A DNA stretch of 64,000 nt, taken from IMG/VR virus record IMGVR_UViG_3300010883_000002; one strand, written 5' to 3'. Positions 10,974 through 23,200 of the stretch are shown here, piece by piece (position 1 is the first letter of the stretch; every line of letters starts with the position of its first letter). The notes below the pieces were generated by a model. That model saw nothing but the letters and a program-made list of their open reading frames with translations. It did not search any database and had not been told where the DNA came from. Position numbers and translations under genes: made by a program. This DNA is from an uncultured virus (IMG/VR IMGVR_UViG_3300010883_000002). Lineage: Duplodnaviria > Heunggongvirae > Uroviricota > Caudoviricetes.

Positions 10974-12782
10974 ATGCCGAAAAAGATAGTTCCAATTAAA
11001 TATACCAGTCGTGAATACGAAACTATTAGACAGGACTTGATTGAATATGTAAAAAGATATTATCCTGAGATTTTTCGTGATTTTAACGAAGCCAGTTTCG
11101 GAGCGTTGATGCTTGATACGGTGGCTTATGTCGGTGACATTCTTTCTTTTTATTTAGACTATCAAGCCAATGAGAGCTTCTTAGATACTGCTGTAGAATA
11201 TGATAATATTCTTAAGCTTGGAAGGCAGTTGGGTTATCACTTTAAAGGCAACCCGTCTTCTTATGGAATTGCTACATTTTATATTCTGTGCCCGACCGAC
11301 TCTACTGGAATGGCACCCGATATGAGATATTTACCAATTTTAAAAAAGAAGAGTCAGTTCTCGGCTACGTCAGGCGCAGTCTATATGCTTGATGAAGATG
11401 TTCACTTTGATCACCCACATTGCGAAATTCGTGTCGCTAGGGCAGATACCGCTACGGGAATCCCGACAGCGTATGCAGTTAAGGCATTCGGAAGGGTTAT
11501 TTCAGGTCAGCTAGTGCAAGACTATATCCAAGTGGGTGATTTTAAAAAGTTCAGAACTGTGGAAATAAATCAGGAAAATGTGGCAGAGATTATTGAAGTG
11601 ATAGATGACGAGGGGCATGAGTACATTGAGGTTGAATATTTATCTCAAGATGTGGTCTATCGAGCTTTGACAAATAGAAACAGCGACAAATATGATGCTC
11701 CTGAAATTTTAAAACCATTTATGGCACCAAGAAGGTTTGTCACAGAGCGGTCTGCTCGTAATACAATACTTCAGTTTGGTGCGAGTTCTGATATAGAGGT
11801 AGACATTAACAATGTAGTTAACCCATCGGTAGTAGACCCGGCTAATGTAGTCTTACAAAGACACGGAGCACCTTATATTTCAGATGCCTCTTTCGATCCT
11901 TATAGGCTAATTGAATCTGATAAATTTGGCATCGCCCCATCGCAAACAACATTGAGCATTGTTTATCGGCTAAACTCTGTATCAAATGTTAATGCTCAGA
12001 CGGGTACATTAACCGAGGTAGTTGAACCTCTGTTTGAGTTCAAAGACAGACAGGACTTAAGCACAAAAGATGTTAAAAGTGTGAGGGCTTCTTTGGAAGT
12101 TATAAACGAAGAACCTATCGTTGGTGACGTTACTCTACCCTCTGGCGTTGAACTGAAAAGACGAATTCTTGATACTTTTGCAACCCAAAATAGGGCAGTG
12201 ACAGCTAAAGATTATGCAGCAATGGCATACTCTATGCCACCCAGATTCGGCGCACTTAAGCGTGTTGCTGTGATGCGGGACCACGATTCATTAAAAAGAA
12301 ATTTGAACATGTATGTTATTTCTGAGGACGGAGCCACGAAGCTTACTGAAACAAACGACACAATTAAGAAGAATCTAAAGACGTGGCTTCTTAAAAATAA
12401 AATGGTTAACGACACCATTGACATTTTACCTGCAAAGATTATTAATGCTGGAATTGAATGGGCTGGAGTTGGTCGCCTAGATATGAACAAATATGATGTT
12501 CTGGTAGAAGCAAACAAGGCTTTGAGCTTGCATTTTTCTAGAAAGTTGGATATTGGCGAGCCGTTTTGGATCACAGATGTATATAAAGTTCTCAAGAGTG
12601 TCACGGGCATTGTTGATGTAACGAGAGTTGATATTAACCAAAAGAACGGCGGCAGATACTCGGACATAAGAATAGATTTGAATGATAGAATGTCGGCAGA
12701 TGGAAGGTATATTAATACTCCCAAAAATTGTATTTTTGAAGTGAAGTACCCAACCGAGGATATTAAGGGGGTTATAACCTAA
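10974..12782 (+). CDS. Baseplate wedge subunit, T4 gp6/baseplate J-like
   Basis: YTSREYETIRQDL, AYVGDILSFYLDYQANESFLDTA and QNRAVTAKDY motifs; follows gp25. Confidence 0.92.
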   Translation: MPKKIVPIKYTSREYETIRQDLIEYVKRYYPEIFRDFNEASFGALMLDTVAYVGDILSFYLDYQANESFLDTAVEYDNILKLGRQLGYHFKGNPSSYGIATFYILCPTDSTGMAPDMRYLPILKKKSQFSATSGAVYMLDEDVHFDHPHCEIRVARADTATGIPTAYAVKAFGRVISGQLVQDYIQVGDFKKFRTVEINQENVAEIIEVIDDEGHEYIEVEYLSQDVVYRALTNRNSDKYDAPEILKPFMAPRRFVTERSARNTILQFGASSDIEVDINNVVNPSVVDPANVVLQRHGAPYISDASFDPYRLIESDKFGIAPSQTTLSIVYRLNSVSNVNAQTGTLTEVVEPLFEFKDRQDLSTKDVKSVRASLEVINEEPIVGDVTLPSGVELKRRILDTFATQNRAVTAKDYAAMAYSMPPRFGALKRVAVMRDHDSLKRNLNMYVISEDGATKLTETNDTIKKNLKTWLLKNKMVNDTIDILPAKIINAGIEWAGVGRLDMNKYDVLVEANKALSLHFSRKLDIGEPFWITDVYKVLKSVTGIVDVTRVDINQKNGGRYSDIRIDLNDRMSADGRYINTPKNCIFEVKYPTEDIKGVIT

Positions 12783-14248
12783 TGTCAATTAAAAGATTTA
12801 CAGCCGATGCTGATACTACAATTACGAACGCCTATCTTGAAAATTTGAGAACCCCGGCTACGGGTTCTAATATGGGCTTGGCAGATTCCATAGAAGTGTT
12901 TTCTATTTATGCACAGGTGGATGCAACCTCAGTAGAGATGTGTCGCACTTTAGTTAATTTCCCAGTTGCAGACATTGCTGCTGCAATCGCCGCAGGCGAA
13001 GTGCCTGATAACACAGCGGGAGGAAACGTTTCTTATATTTTAAGAATTTTTAACTCTCCACATCCGTGGACATTGCCTACAAATTATAGCATGGTGGTAC
13101 ATCCAGTGACGACAGCGTGGGATGAGGGTCATGGACTAGATATGGAAGAATATAAAGACGATGGAGCTAGTGGTGTTGCCCCAAGCAATCAGTTCGGCGG
13201 CAGCGGCGCAAGCTGGAATGTTGCAGCCAATGCTGTGGACTGGACAACTCCCGGTGGCGACTTTGATGCTGGCACAGCTTTCACGGCTACGTTTGATGAA
13301 GATGGCACAGAAGATGTTGAGCTAGATATTACAAGCTTGGTTGACGATTGGCTGGACGGTAGTGTAAATAATTTTGGCATAGTATTGAAGTTATTAAACG
13401 ACCATGAAGACGGGACTGATGGTCGCTCATACTATACGAAAAAGTTTTTTGCGAGAGGAAGCGAATATTTCTACCGACGACCTATGATAGAGGCTAGGTG
13501 GGATTCCACTGATGCTGGCGACGACCGTAATAATTTTTATGCAGAGAGTAATCTTCGTGCCGCTGTTGATAACGAGAACCTTATTTCAATTAGAAATCAT
13601 GTTAATGGGGTGTTAACAAACATACCAGCATTGGCTGCCCCGATGGATATAAAGTTTTATCCCACAGAAGAAGACGCTGTGGCTCTAACAAATGAAATTG
13701 TTGTAACGAGCCTTGCAATGGACAATGCAGTAGCGGGAGTCTATGCGGCTACTGTAGTTTTAGATACAGACCTCGACAATGTTCAAGCTGTGTGGCAAGA
13801 TCAAACTCCAACGGTTTATCTTTCAGAGTCGTTAAATATTAAACATCGCACGGCTGATTTGACTTCCGAAGCAAACCCGGTTTACGTTACTACGATTATA
13901 AACTTAAAACAAAAGTATTCTACGGAAGAAGTTCCAAGATTGCGGATTTACACCCGTTTAAAAGATTGGAGTCCAACTATTTATACAGTAGCGAGTAAGG
14001 AGATTGAATCAGAAGTGGTTGAAGCGGCTTACTATGAGGTGATTAGGGTGACTGATGGGCTTCCCGTTGTAGAATATGGAATTGGTGGTACAGAACATAC
14101 CAAGATTTCATACGATTCTCAAGGAAATTATTTTGACTTTGATATGGAATTGTGTGAACCCGGCTATATGTATCGAATCAATTTGGCATATAATGTCAAT
14201 GGTGAAATCCGTTATCAGCCCGAAGCTTTTAAGTTTAGGGTAGAATAA
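12782..14248 (+). CDS. Virion protein with DNRLRE-like beta-sandwich domain
   Basis: WDEG...W...W.TPGGDF...LDITSLVDDWLDG...NFGIVLK pattern is typical of DNRLRE domains. TAATG overlap with gp6. Confidence 0.65.
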   Translation: MSIKRFTADADTTITNAYLENLRTPATGSNMGLADSIEVFSIYAQVDATSVEMCRTLVNFPVADIAAAIAAGEVPDNTAGGNVSYILRIFNSPHPWTLPTNYSMVVHPVTTAWDEGHGLDMEEYKDDGASGVAPSNQFGGSGASWNVAANAVDWTTPGGDFDAGTAFTATFDEDGTEDVELDITSLVDDWLDGSVNNFGIVLKLLNDHEDGTDGRSYYTKKFFARGSEYFYRRPMIEARWDSTDAGDDRNNFYAESNLRAAVDNENLISIRNHVNGVLTNIPALAAPMDIKFYPTEEDAVALTNEIVVTSLAMDNAVAGVYAATVVLDTDLDNVQAVWQDQTPTVYLSESLNIKHRTADLTSEANPVYVTTIINLKQKYSTEEVPRLRIYTRLKDWSPTIYTVASKEIESEVVEAAYYEVIRVTDGLPVVEYGIGGTEHTKISYDSQGNYFDFDMELCEPGYMYRINLAYNVNGEIRYQPEAFKFRVE

Positions 14249-14251
14249 CAC

Positions 14252-17200
14252 ATGAGCATAAAAGATTTATTTGGTAAAAAATCTAATCAAATTGTTTCCA
14301 GTGAGAGTCTTAAAGAGACTGTCGATAGAAACATTGAGTCGGTTGATTACGCAGAACAGCATGTAGTAGAAAAGCGCAGGTTTATTCCAAGGGTGGATTT
14401 TTCTGACCCGAAGAGCTTCGCCAGATACGGCTCTGCGTCTAAATATTATTCTGATGCAATTCAAACAATCTATCAATCGTACCCCTACGATGGCTCTTAT
14501 GCTGAGAAAAAAGATTGGCATAGTCGAGCCACCTACATTGACAACTGGTTTTTTGAAAACCAGTATCCACGGTTCGTTGGTCATGTTAAATTAAATGACA
14601 TAAAGCTGCACCCTTTCGCTAGTGCTAATGTTCTTGGCGATGGTCGGAACTATATGACGTTAACCGACCCTCAATATATTGCTCTAAAAGGTGGACCGCA
14701 CCGTACATTAATTAATGATACTGGCAATAGAGAACAAATAGATCATGGCATCTCTGGTGCCGACGTAAACAAAGAATTTCCATTTAAGCTTGGAAAAGCA
14801 AATATTTGGAATCCAAAAGAAATGCGTGATTCCAACCTGTATATGAGCGGAGAGCTTGGAAATACGGTCGAGTTCTGGTGGAGGAAGGATCAGCCCAAGA
14901 GGTTGGGAACTGTTTGTCTTTTCGATATGTGGAATCAGGAACCGCACGGCTCCACGGAATATGGAAGAATCTTAATTGAGCATGACGAACAAGTGCTTGC
15001 TGCAACGGGTGATTATTTTCATGTTACATACGCACACGGAACAAACGGCGTTGAGCGGCAACCAGTTGGCAACCTAAACGACGTACCGAACGATTACAAT
15101 CCGTGGGCGTGGAATCACTATGCCTATACATGTGTCAATGAGGGTGGTGAGCTAAGAGTCAGGTTTTATCTCAATGGTAAATTAATAACTGACGGACTTG
15201 CGGGAACCGCAATTGATGTTGTTCAGCAGCACCCCGACAAGGCTTCGGCTGCGTTTATCGGCGCATATCAAAACAGACCAGTATCTTCAATTCTAGCAAT
15301 AAAGTGGGGTCCAACAGGTGAGGGCAACGTTGCTGTGCAGGCATCTTATGATGAGTTTAGATATTGGAAACAGGCTCGTACATCCGAAGAGGTTGGAAGA
15401 CACTGGTTCACACAAGTTGGCGGTGGAACAAACACTGATGATGCAAACGTCATGCTTGGGGTTTATTATAAGTTCAACGAGGGCATTGTAGATGCAGAGA
15501 ACAAAGACAGCCAGTATGATAAAAATGTGTTGGATTATTCTGGACGTATTTCAAACGGCACGATCCAAAATTATAATATAAGAACCCGTAGTTTGGAATC
15601 AGCAATGGAAAGCTTTTCTACCAAACATAAAGAATTTAAAGACCCTGTTCTATATCCAGCACACCCAGAAGTTGCTGAACTGCTGAGAACTAAAAAAGAC
15701 GAAGGGTTTGTACACGATACTTCAAATAATGCAGCCATCTATCATACGATGCCTGAGTGGATTACTTCAGAAGATGAAGAGCTTGGCGGGGAAGCTTTAC
15801 TTGATCTGACGCAGGTTATCGCCAGCTACTTTGATACGTTACATCTTCAAATTGAAGCACTGCCTTGTTTGACGAATACCAAATATGTTCAAGACGACGA
15901 GAAGCCTCTTCCTTTCGCAAGTCACTTGTTGGAATCTGTCGGTTTCGTGGCTCCCGAAATTTTTATTGATGCGTCCCTCCTTGAGACTATGGCACATCGT
16001 GATGAGACACAAAACTTTGAAGAAAAGGTTTATAATGTCAAGAACACGATATACCAGAACATTTATAACAACATTGCTGGCATTTATAAGGCGAAGGGTA
16101 CAGAGAAATCATTTAGGAATTTACTTCACTGTTTTGGCATTGGAGATGAATTAATTAAAATCAACCTGTACGGTAGTGATGTGGTGTTCAAGTTTGATGA
16201 CACTTATCGACACGTCGCAGCGAGAAAGAATTACTTAGACTACAACAATGTTGACAGGTTTGATTCATCTGTATTCCAAAAAAGAAATCCAGATAATCCA
16301 AATAGCACATCTTATATCAGAGGTTCAGACACAAGCGAGTTTGATTATATTCCTTTCACCTTAGAGGTAGAATCGGTATTCCCAAGAGTATTAGATAATG
16401 ACCATCCAAACTATGACAGGCACAATTTTACTAATATCTCTATTTTTGGAATGCATGAGGCATATGCGCTCGACGAAGATGTTTTAAATTGGCAACCTTC
16501 TAAGGCTTGTGATTTTGAGGTTTTTGCCATCCGTGAAGAGATTGACGGAGAGGAACGAAAAAACGTCAAGTTCAAGTTACGGGCACAAGGCTTCGGCGGA
16601 TTTGAATTAGAGACTGGCTTCTATCCAGAAGTTTATAACAACGAGCAATGGAATTTTGCGGTTAGAATTTATCAAAACAAAAGACCCTTAACAGATTTGG
16701 TTTTGGGTAGTGAGTTTGCAGGTGATCCTCCAGTTGACGAAGAATATACATTTGAGTTTTATGGAGTTAATACTGTTCTTGGCGACGTTCAAGAAGAGTT
16801 TTTATTGACGCAAGCTGTTGCCGCCACTGATGCAAAGAGCGCACTCAACGCATATAAAAGAATTTATGTTGGCGCTCATTACAGGGATTTCGGTCCAGAC
16901 CATACTAACCCAGAACCCCTAATGCAAACCGACATTAAGATCGGCAGTGTTAGATATTGGGCTGATTACCTCGACAGCGACACAATCCAAGACCATGCTA
17001 GGGACACAACAAATTGGGGTCGCAAGCGACCATACAAGCCAGCTTACTTTGCAGAAGGAGTTCTTGATACTTATCATGTCCCTCAAATTGAAACCCTAGT
17101 TCTCCATTGGGACTTTGCAACAGTGACCGTTGCCGATGGCGGCGACCCAACAGTTAATACAATTTTGTCTGATGCTGGGTTCTGGGTTGAAGACGTTTCT

Positions 17201-20200
17201 TCTGGCTCATTGGACAAGACTCTTCCCGGTGGAAAATATGATTGGCTTGGAAAAGTTACCGAGTATCAGCACACGGCAAGAGGTGATTATTATTACCCTA
17301 ACGACAAAGAAGTAATTGACAGAGATTATGTTTATACCTCTAGGCAACACTTGCCAGAAATTATTCATAGCTCAGATACAATTAATATTCTTCGCCAAGA
17401 TGATGACGTGTTCACGAAAGAGTCTAAAGCAATTAATCACTTCTGGGCGATTGAAAAGAGCATGTATCAGAACATCTCTGAAGAACAGTTAGAGATGTTT
17501 GCCTCTATTGTAGAGTTTAATAATCTTGTAGGCGAAGGCGTCAACCGCTACCGAATGGAATATAAGGATCTCGGCAAACTCCGTCACATCTTTTTTGCAA
17601 AGATTGATAACGTACCGAGATTTGAAAGATATGTGGAATTTTATAAGTGGATTGATTCTTCCATCAGTGCGATGCTTCAAGAATTAATTCCCGCTTCGGC
17701 AAATTTCTCTGACGAACTACGAACTTTAATCGAGAGTCACATATTAGAGAGAAATAAATATTGGAATAAATACCCAACTCTTGAAATGAAGGACAAGCCT
17801 CCAGAGGTTCCCATTCTCGGCATTAATGAAATGTTGTATAATTGGAAGCATGGGCGAGCAGCTTTAGAAGAAAAGAAGAATTGCCTATGGTGGAATCTTC
17901 GCACAGAGAGAAACCACCCACTTCTCACAACTGGTTATGATGATATTGATGCAGACAAAAATCAACTTCTTCACGCCTATCAAACAATTGATTCTGGTTC
18001 GTGGGAAGATCGACGTTTTGCACACGGCACAAACAGTTATAATATGGAGTCTTATCAGGCTTCTACTTTTGTTCTTAGAAACCTTTCTAAGCCTTATAAG
18101 TTTTCCGTTGATGAAAATGTACCAATCCACGGAGGTAGAAATTACCCACAGAATAAGAAGCTTCATTATGTAAGAACCGAAACTCCTTTTGCCTCAGAGG
18201 GCACTGTTTGTCTTGAAGACGCAAATCAAGTTGCTGGGTTTGATTGTTTGGATGATTACGAATCCGAATACACCATGAAACGACGCCTTGCTTTCGCAGC
18301 GGCAAATAAAAAATATCGTGAGGGCACCGAAGAAAATCAGGCGAAGGGTACATTGTTATCTCCATTCGACTTGTATGCTGATGTAGCAGATGACGACGCC
18401 CACACGGGTCGCTATTGGGGCAACGTCCACTCTGACACCTATGGTGACGACATGGAAACTCCGATGCAGGGCGTCTTCACGGACACCCACGTTGGTGGCT
18501 TACAGTATCGTCACATTGTATTTAATCATGGCGATGACGACCAGACGACCAGACCAGAAGCGTGGCTGTTTGATGCGGAGACTGGATGCTTCATCGGTCC
18601 AGATCAAATTAGTGTACACAACCCACGGGCAAGATATTACAGAGACGAAAAGGCAAAGCGACCAGTTAACATTAGAAATGTTAAGACCACGTTGGAAAAT
18701 CCGATTCTGGGTAACTTTAGGTTCTTGTACGAATTCTCTCAGACAGTCTCCAGAAAAAAGAACAATTCGTGGTTTACTAAAATTGAAGGAATCCCAGCAC
18801 ACGATGTGTGGTCTGTACAGTCTAAGGTGGTTAAGGGACATTATGATTTTGAGCTTCCGATTAGACAACTACACCCTGACGGCGAACAGACACATAAACA
18901 ATATGGTCGAGAGTGGGTAGAAGAATGGAAAGCACTGCGAGCCGATCCTCATTTATATAAACACAGACATGTATTTGTAGAGCGATTTTCTGCACCCGGT
19001 TCACCACATACAATTCCAAGAGGTATGATGGACGTGGAAGCTGAAGAGTTCTCTCCACACAATCAATTAAACTTTAGGAACCTTGATGTTCGTGTACACC
19101 TTAAGAGGTGGTTGACACACCATGCAAGGTGGGGCGGGTATAGAAGTTGGTATCGCCAGCGTCCAGTGTTGGATTGTTGGGACATTAAAACAAATCCAGA
19201 TGACGTATGGGGGGCTGATTGGAATCCGTTGCTAGATCCTAATCCCGGTTCTCCCGGCGACACTGGTGTGTTCTGTGCGGCGAACTATCACAAGATGAAC
19301 AGGAACGTAAAATACGTTTTCCGACCAACAGAATATTTTGATCTATCGGCAGCAAAAGGCTACTGGGCAGAACAGTATGATGAAGACTGTAGTGATTGTG
19401 GAGACAATGATTGCGATCCTGATGTTGTTTATCCTCCCGGTCATCCGTGTTGTCTCCCATATTGGTTCCCAATTAAAGTCAAATATGTATGCAAAGAGAC
19501 TTTTGATAACTGGTGGCAACAGCACCAAGTCCCGCAAAGCGGTTATCAATATAGTTGGATTAAAGATTCAGTTCTTCCTGTGGATTGTCCACAGGGATAT
19601 GCTGAGCCGTTTACAAACATGAGAGCGGAGTATCCAACAATTGTTGTGGACCCAGATGATCCAGAATACGGATTGATGCCAGAGGCAAAACCATTTGATA
19701 ACACAACCTTTCCATCGGACTATACCGATCCCCCACTAAAGGGAGAGAGGGCTGGACCGATTAAGGAAGATCCTTATTGGAAGATTTCTCTTATTGATGG
19801 CTCCTATATTGAAAATAATCATGACAACTGGGCACTCGGACATTTTACGCTCCGTGGCTCATCTTTAGATTCCACAGTACAAGAGTATACGCTGGCACAG
19901 TATTCTATTTCTGTGGGCGTCACATTGCTCGACAATTTGTGGGACGACAGTAAGCTGGTTATTGAGTCTGGTTTTCCGTTCATGCGTGTGTTTAAAAGGT
20001 GGGATGAAAAGCACCACCCCTATTCATATGAGAATGTTATAACTAACACCGAACTTGGATATTGTGAATATAGTTGGGCGGGGGTTAACATGCTCGGAGA
20101 TAATCTCTCTAACTCAGCCGCTTGGAAAAAGTACGATCAATATTATCATCCCACGAAACAGCAGTTGATAAACGTTAGTGAGTCCCCAGCCGGGGAACCA

Positions 20201-23200
20201 ACCTATAAATTGGTTAACCTGCCAGACTTCATTCTTGATGATGAGGGTAATATCGTTCCTAATATAACAGATCCTCACGCTGATGTGATCAGCCAATATA
20301 CAGCAGGGAGTGTTAACAATGTGTCATACTCAAATGGGGGTGTTTATTCAGCGGCTCTAAATTGCGATCTTATAGAGGACCAACTTAATGATGCATATGT
20401 GCCATCTCTAAGTTTTAATGATTTGATGTTGCATAGAAATGGTCCGTATCAACATCCATCATGGAAACAAATTAGAGGACACGAACATCCAATCACTCGT
20501 TTCCATAGAAACAATAATATTATTTCTATGCTTGACCACACAAGGGCAATGGATTTCGTTTATAAAATTGATCCAAGGAAGGATGGAACGGAACAAGAAA
20601 GAAGACTTGTTTTCAGAGAACGAAGATCAGACTCGGTAACAAATTATGTTGAACCGTGTGCGGCGTGGAATATGCCAATGACTCACAGGCTGGGCTTCCC
20701 CGGCAGTCGTGTTGGCGGTAGGCTGAAACATACGTTTAGCAACAATCTTGAGATGTTTGCGAACCCGTTTCTTACACAAAGGCTGTCTCTTGTAAAGTGT
20801 GATAAGCAAATGTATGATACCCTCCTTGAGCAATATATGGATTCTGAGGCTTCGACCTCTCCCAAGTTCTTTGGAATGGTATACAAAGAATATATCTTCC
20901 CGAAACATAGAAATGTCGGACTGGCTAAAATCCGTTCAAGGCTTAACTATAAAGAGGTATCGGGCTATGGAGTAAATGGATATGATAAAAGAGTTTCAGA
21001 GATAAGAAATTTCTGGCACACTGATGCTAATGACCGTAAAAGAACAGAGCTTAAATCTAAGAGTGGTGCTGTGACTCACCCAACTGAGTGGGCTTATAAC
21101 TTTGCAGTTGACACAAACAACACAACTGCTCTTAATTGTTTTAATTATCCAGTTAGAAGAAGCAGCGTGTGGGCGTTAGACTATCACAAATATTGGGATG
21201 AAGATATTGGTGTTCGTCTGGGCGCAGCCGGAAACGGAGAAGATTTGGCTCAGTTTTGTCCCTCCAATCTCCCACCGGAGATGGCAGGGGTAAAAACCAA
21301 GATTCTATTAAATCGAGCGAAGTCCGTTAGGGTCATGCGTGGAGATTTGGGTTGGGCAGGCTTCGCTCAATTTAGGGGATATGTTTACGATGGCACAAAT
21401 ACAAACCCAGACTTTAACGAAGGGAATGGTCACTATTCTCCAGATTGGTATTCAGATACTTGTTTGGGATTTTACACTCGTCTTGATTTATCTTTGATTG
21501 ATCAAGAATGTAATAAATACCAGATTGAAGATCCACAGAACGGAAAGTGGCACGATATTCCTGCGCCGTGTTTGCCCCTCTTAGACCCAGAAACAGGTCA
21601 GCCAGTCGAAGGTGAAAGCGATACAAAAGATTCTTGCTGTTGCCCTGTAAAAGAATATCAAGAATGGATGGCACCACGACCGACTCCACAGTATATTCAT
21701 AATCCACAATCTTGCAAAGCGACAGAAGAAGGCTGGGCTTGGAACACAGCAGCCCTAAGTGGCAAAGCCCCTTGGTATGATTCATACGAAGAGTATAATA
21801 AAGACATTCGTTTGATTGGACAAAATTATTCAATCTTACCAGAATTTAGAATTTCCTCAAACATGAAATATTATGTTAATGAGATGGGTGGAGATTTTCG
21901 TTCTGAAAATAAGAAAATGTTTGAAACAATTGGAACGTTCACACGGATCGGCGGTCAACAGCCAGAAGCTCCCGAAACAAGTGGAGAGACTTATACTCAA
22001 TATCAATCTTATCATTCATATGACGGCATTAATTTCTTGCAGGATGATTTTGAAAATTTGGTATCCGGCTACACCTATGAAATAAATTGGGCGGCAGGAT
22101 TTGAGTCATTCAATAATGGGGAAATGGCAAACACAATTATTCTTGATAACTGTTTACAAGAACAGCCTGTTCCCCTTGATGCAGTTGCAACTAATTGGAA
22201 ATGTGCAGTGGCACAGCCAATTACAAAATTAAATACGATTTTAAAACTTAAAGACGCCAAAATGTTTTATGGCGAAGACACAGAAGAACTTAAGAACAGT
22301 TATTCATTCTTTGACCACCATGAAGCAACCGCCCCACACCAACGACAGGGTGGCGAAGGCGAGTTTATGAAAGTGTCCCTTGGAGATACTGGGTTACAAT
22401 ATAATAATTTACAGGGCGATGTAGATTGCTATTTCAGTTATGTAAAGTTGTTTGATACTTATCCAGAAATTCCCGGCGAGGGAATCCCTATTGGCGGGGC
22501 ACCGTCCCTTGCGGAGATCCGAGGCAATTTTGACGGCACAGGAGACACGGACACGGACTATGGCGAATGCCTTGATCTTGATGGGTACGAACTTTCCCCA
22601 CCAGATATTACCAGCGCAATCCGAAATGCTTATCACGAAGCAAAAGGAGAGTCTTGTTTTACGCTTTCATTTTGGGTGAACGTTGACCATGATGGCTGGA
22701 GGCAAGCAGAAAACCAAAGTATGGGTGGTTTTACTTTTTCATATGAAGGTCCACCGTCCGAACAAGACTTAACAAATTTGTTTAAGCCGATGGCAGCAAT
22801 TCGTGATATTGAGGGTCTAATTGGTGACGCCGACCTTGAACAACAACCAGAACTTTCGGAACTGGAAAACCGTGCTAACAAGCAAGGGCAGTTAAATATA
22901 GTCGATGACCGCAACCTACCTGACTCCTTGAATAAGCCAGAAGGCGAGCAAGACGGAGCAACTCCAAAATACGGTATGGATAAAAGATTGTCGTTTTATC
23001 TGAAAGATTTTTATGATAACCCCGCACAGGGCGACTCCCATCAATTTATTGATCTTGTCAGCAATCCAAACGCACTTAGTGGGCGACCTATGCTTGTTGA
23101 TGACTGCGGGAACAAACTACACTTTGATATAGAATTACACGACGGCTCTCTTCATGGGACATGGCAGCACATTGTTATGGTTTATATTGGAGGCTCAAAT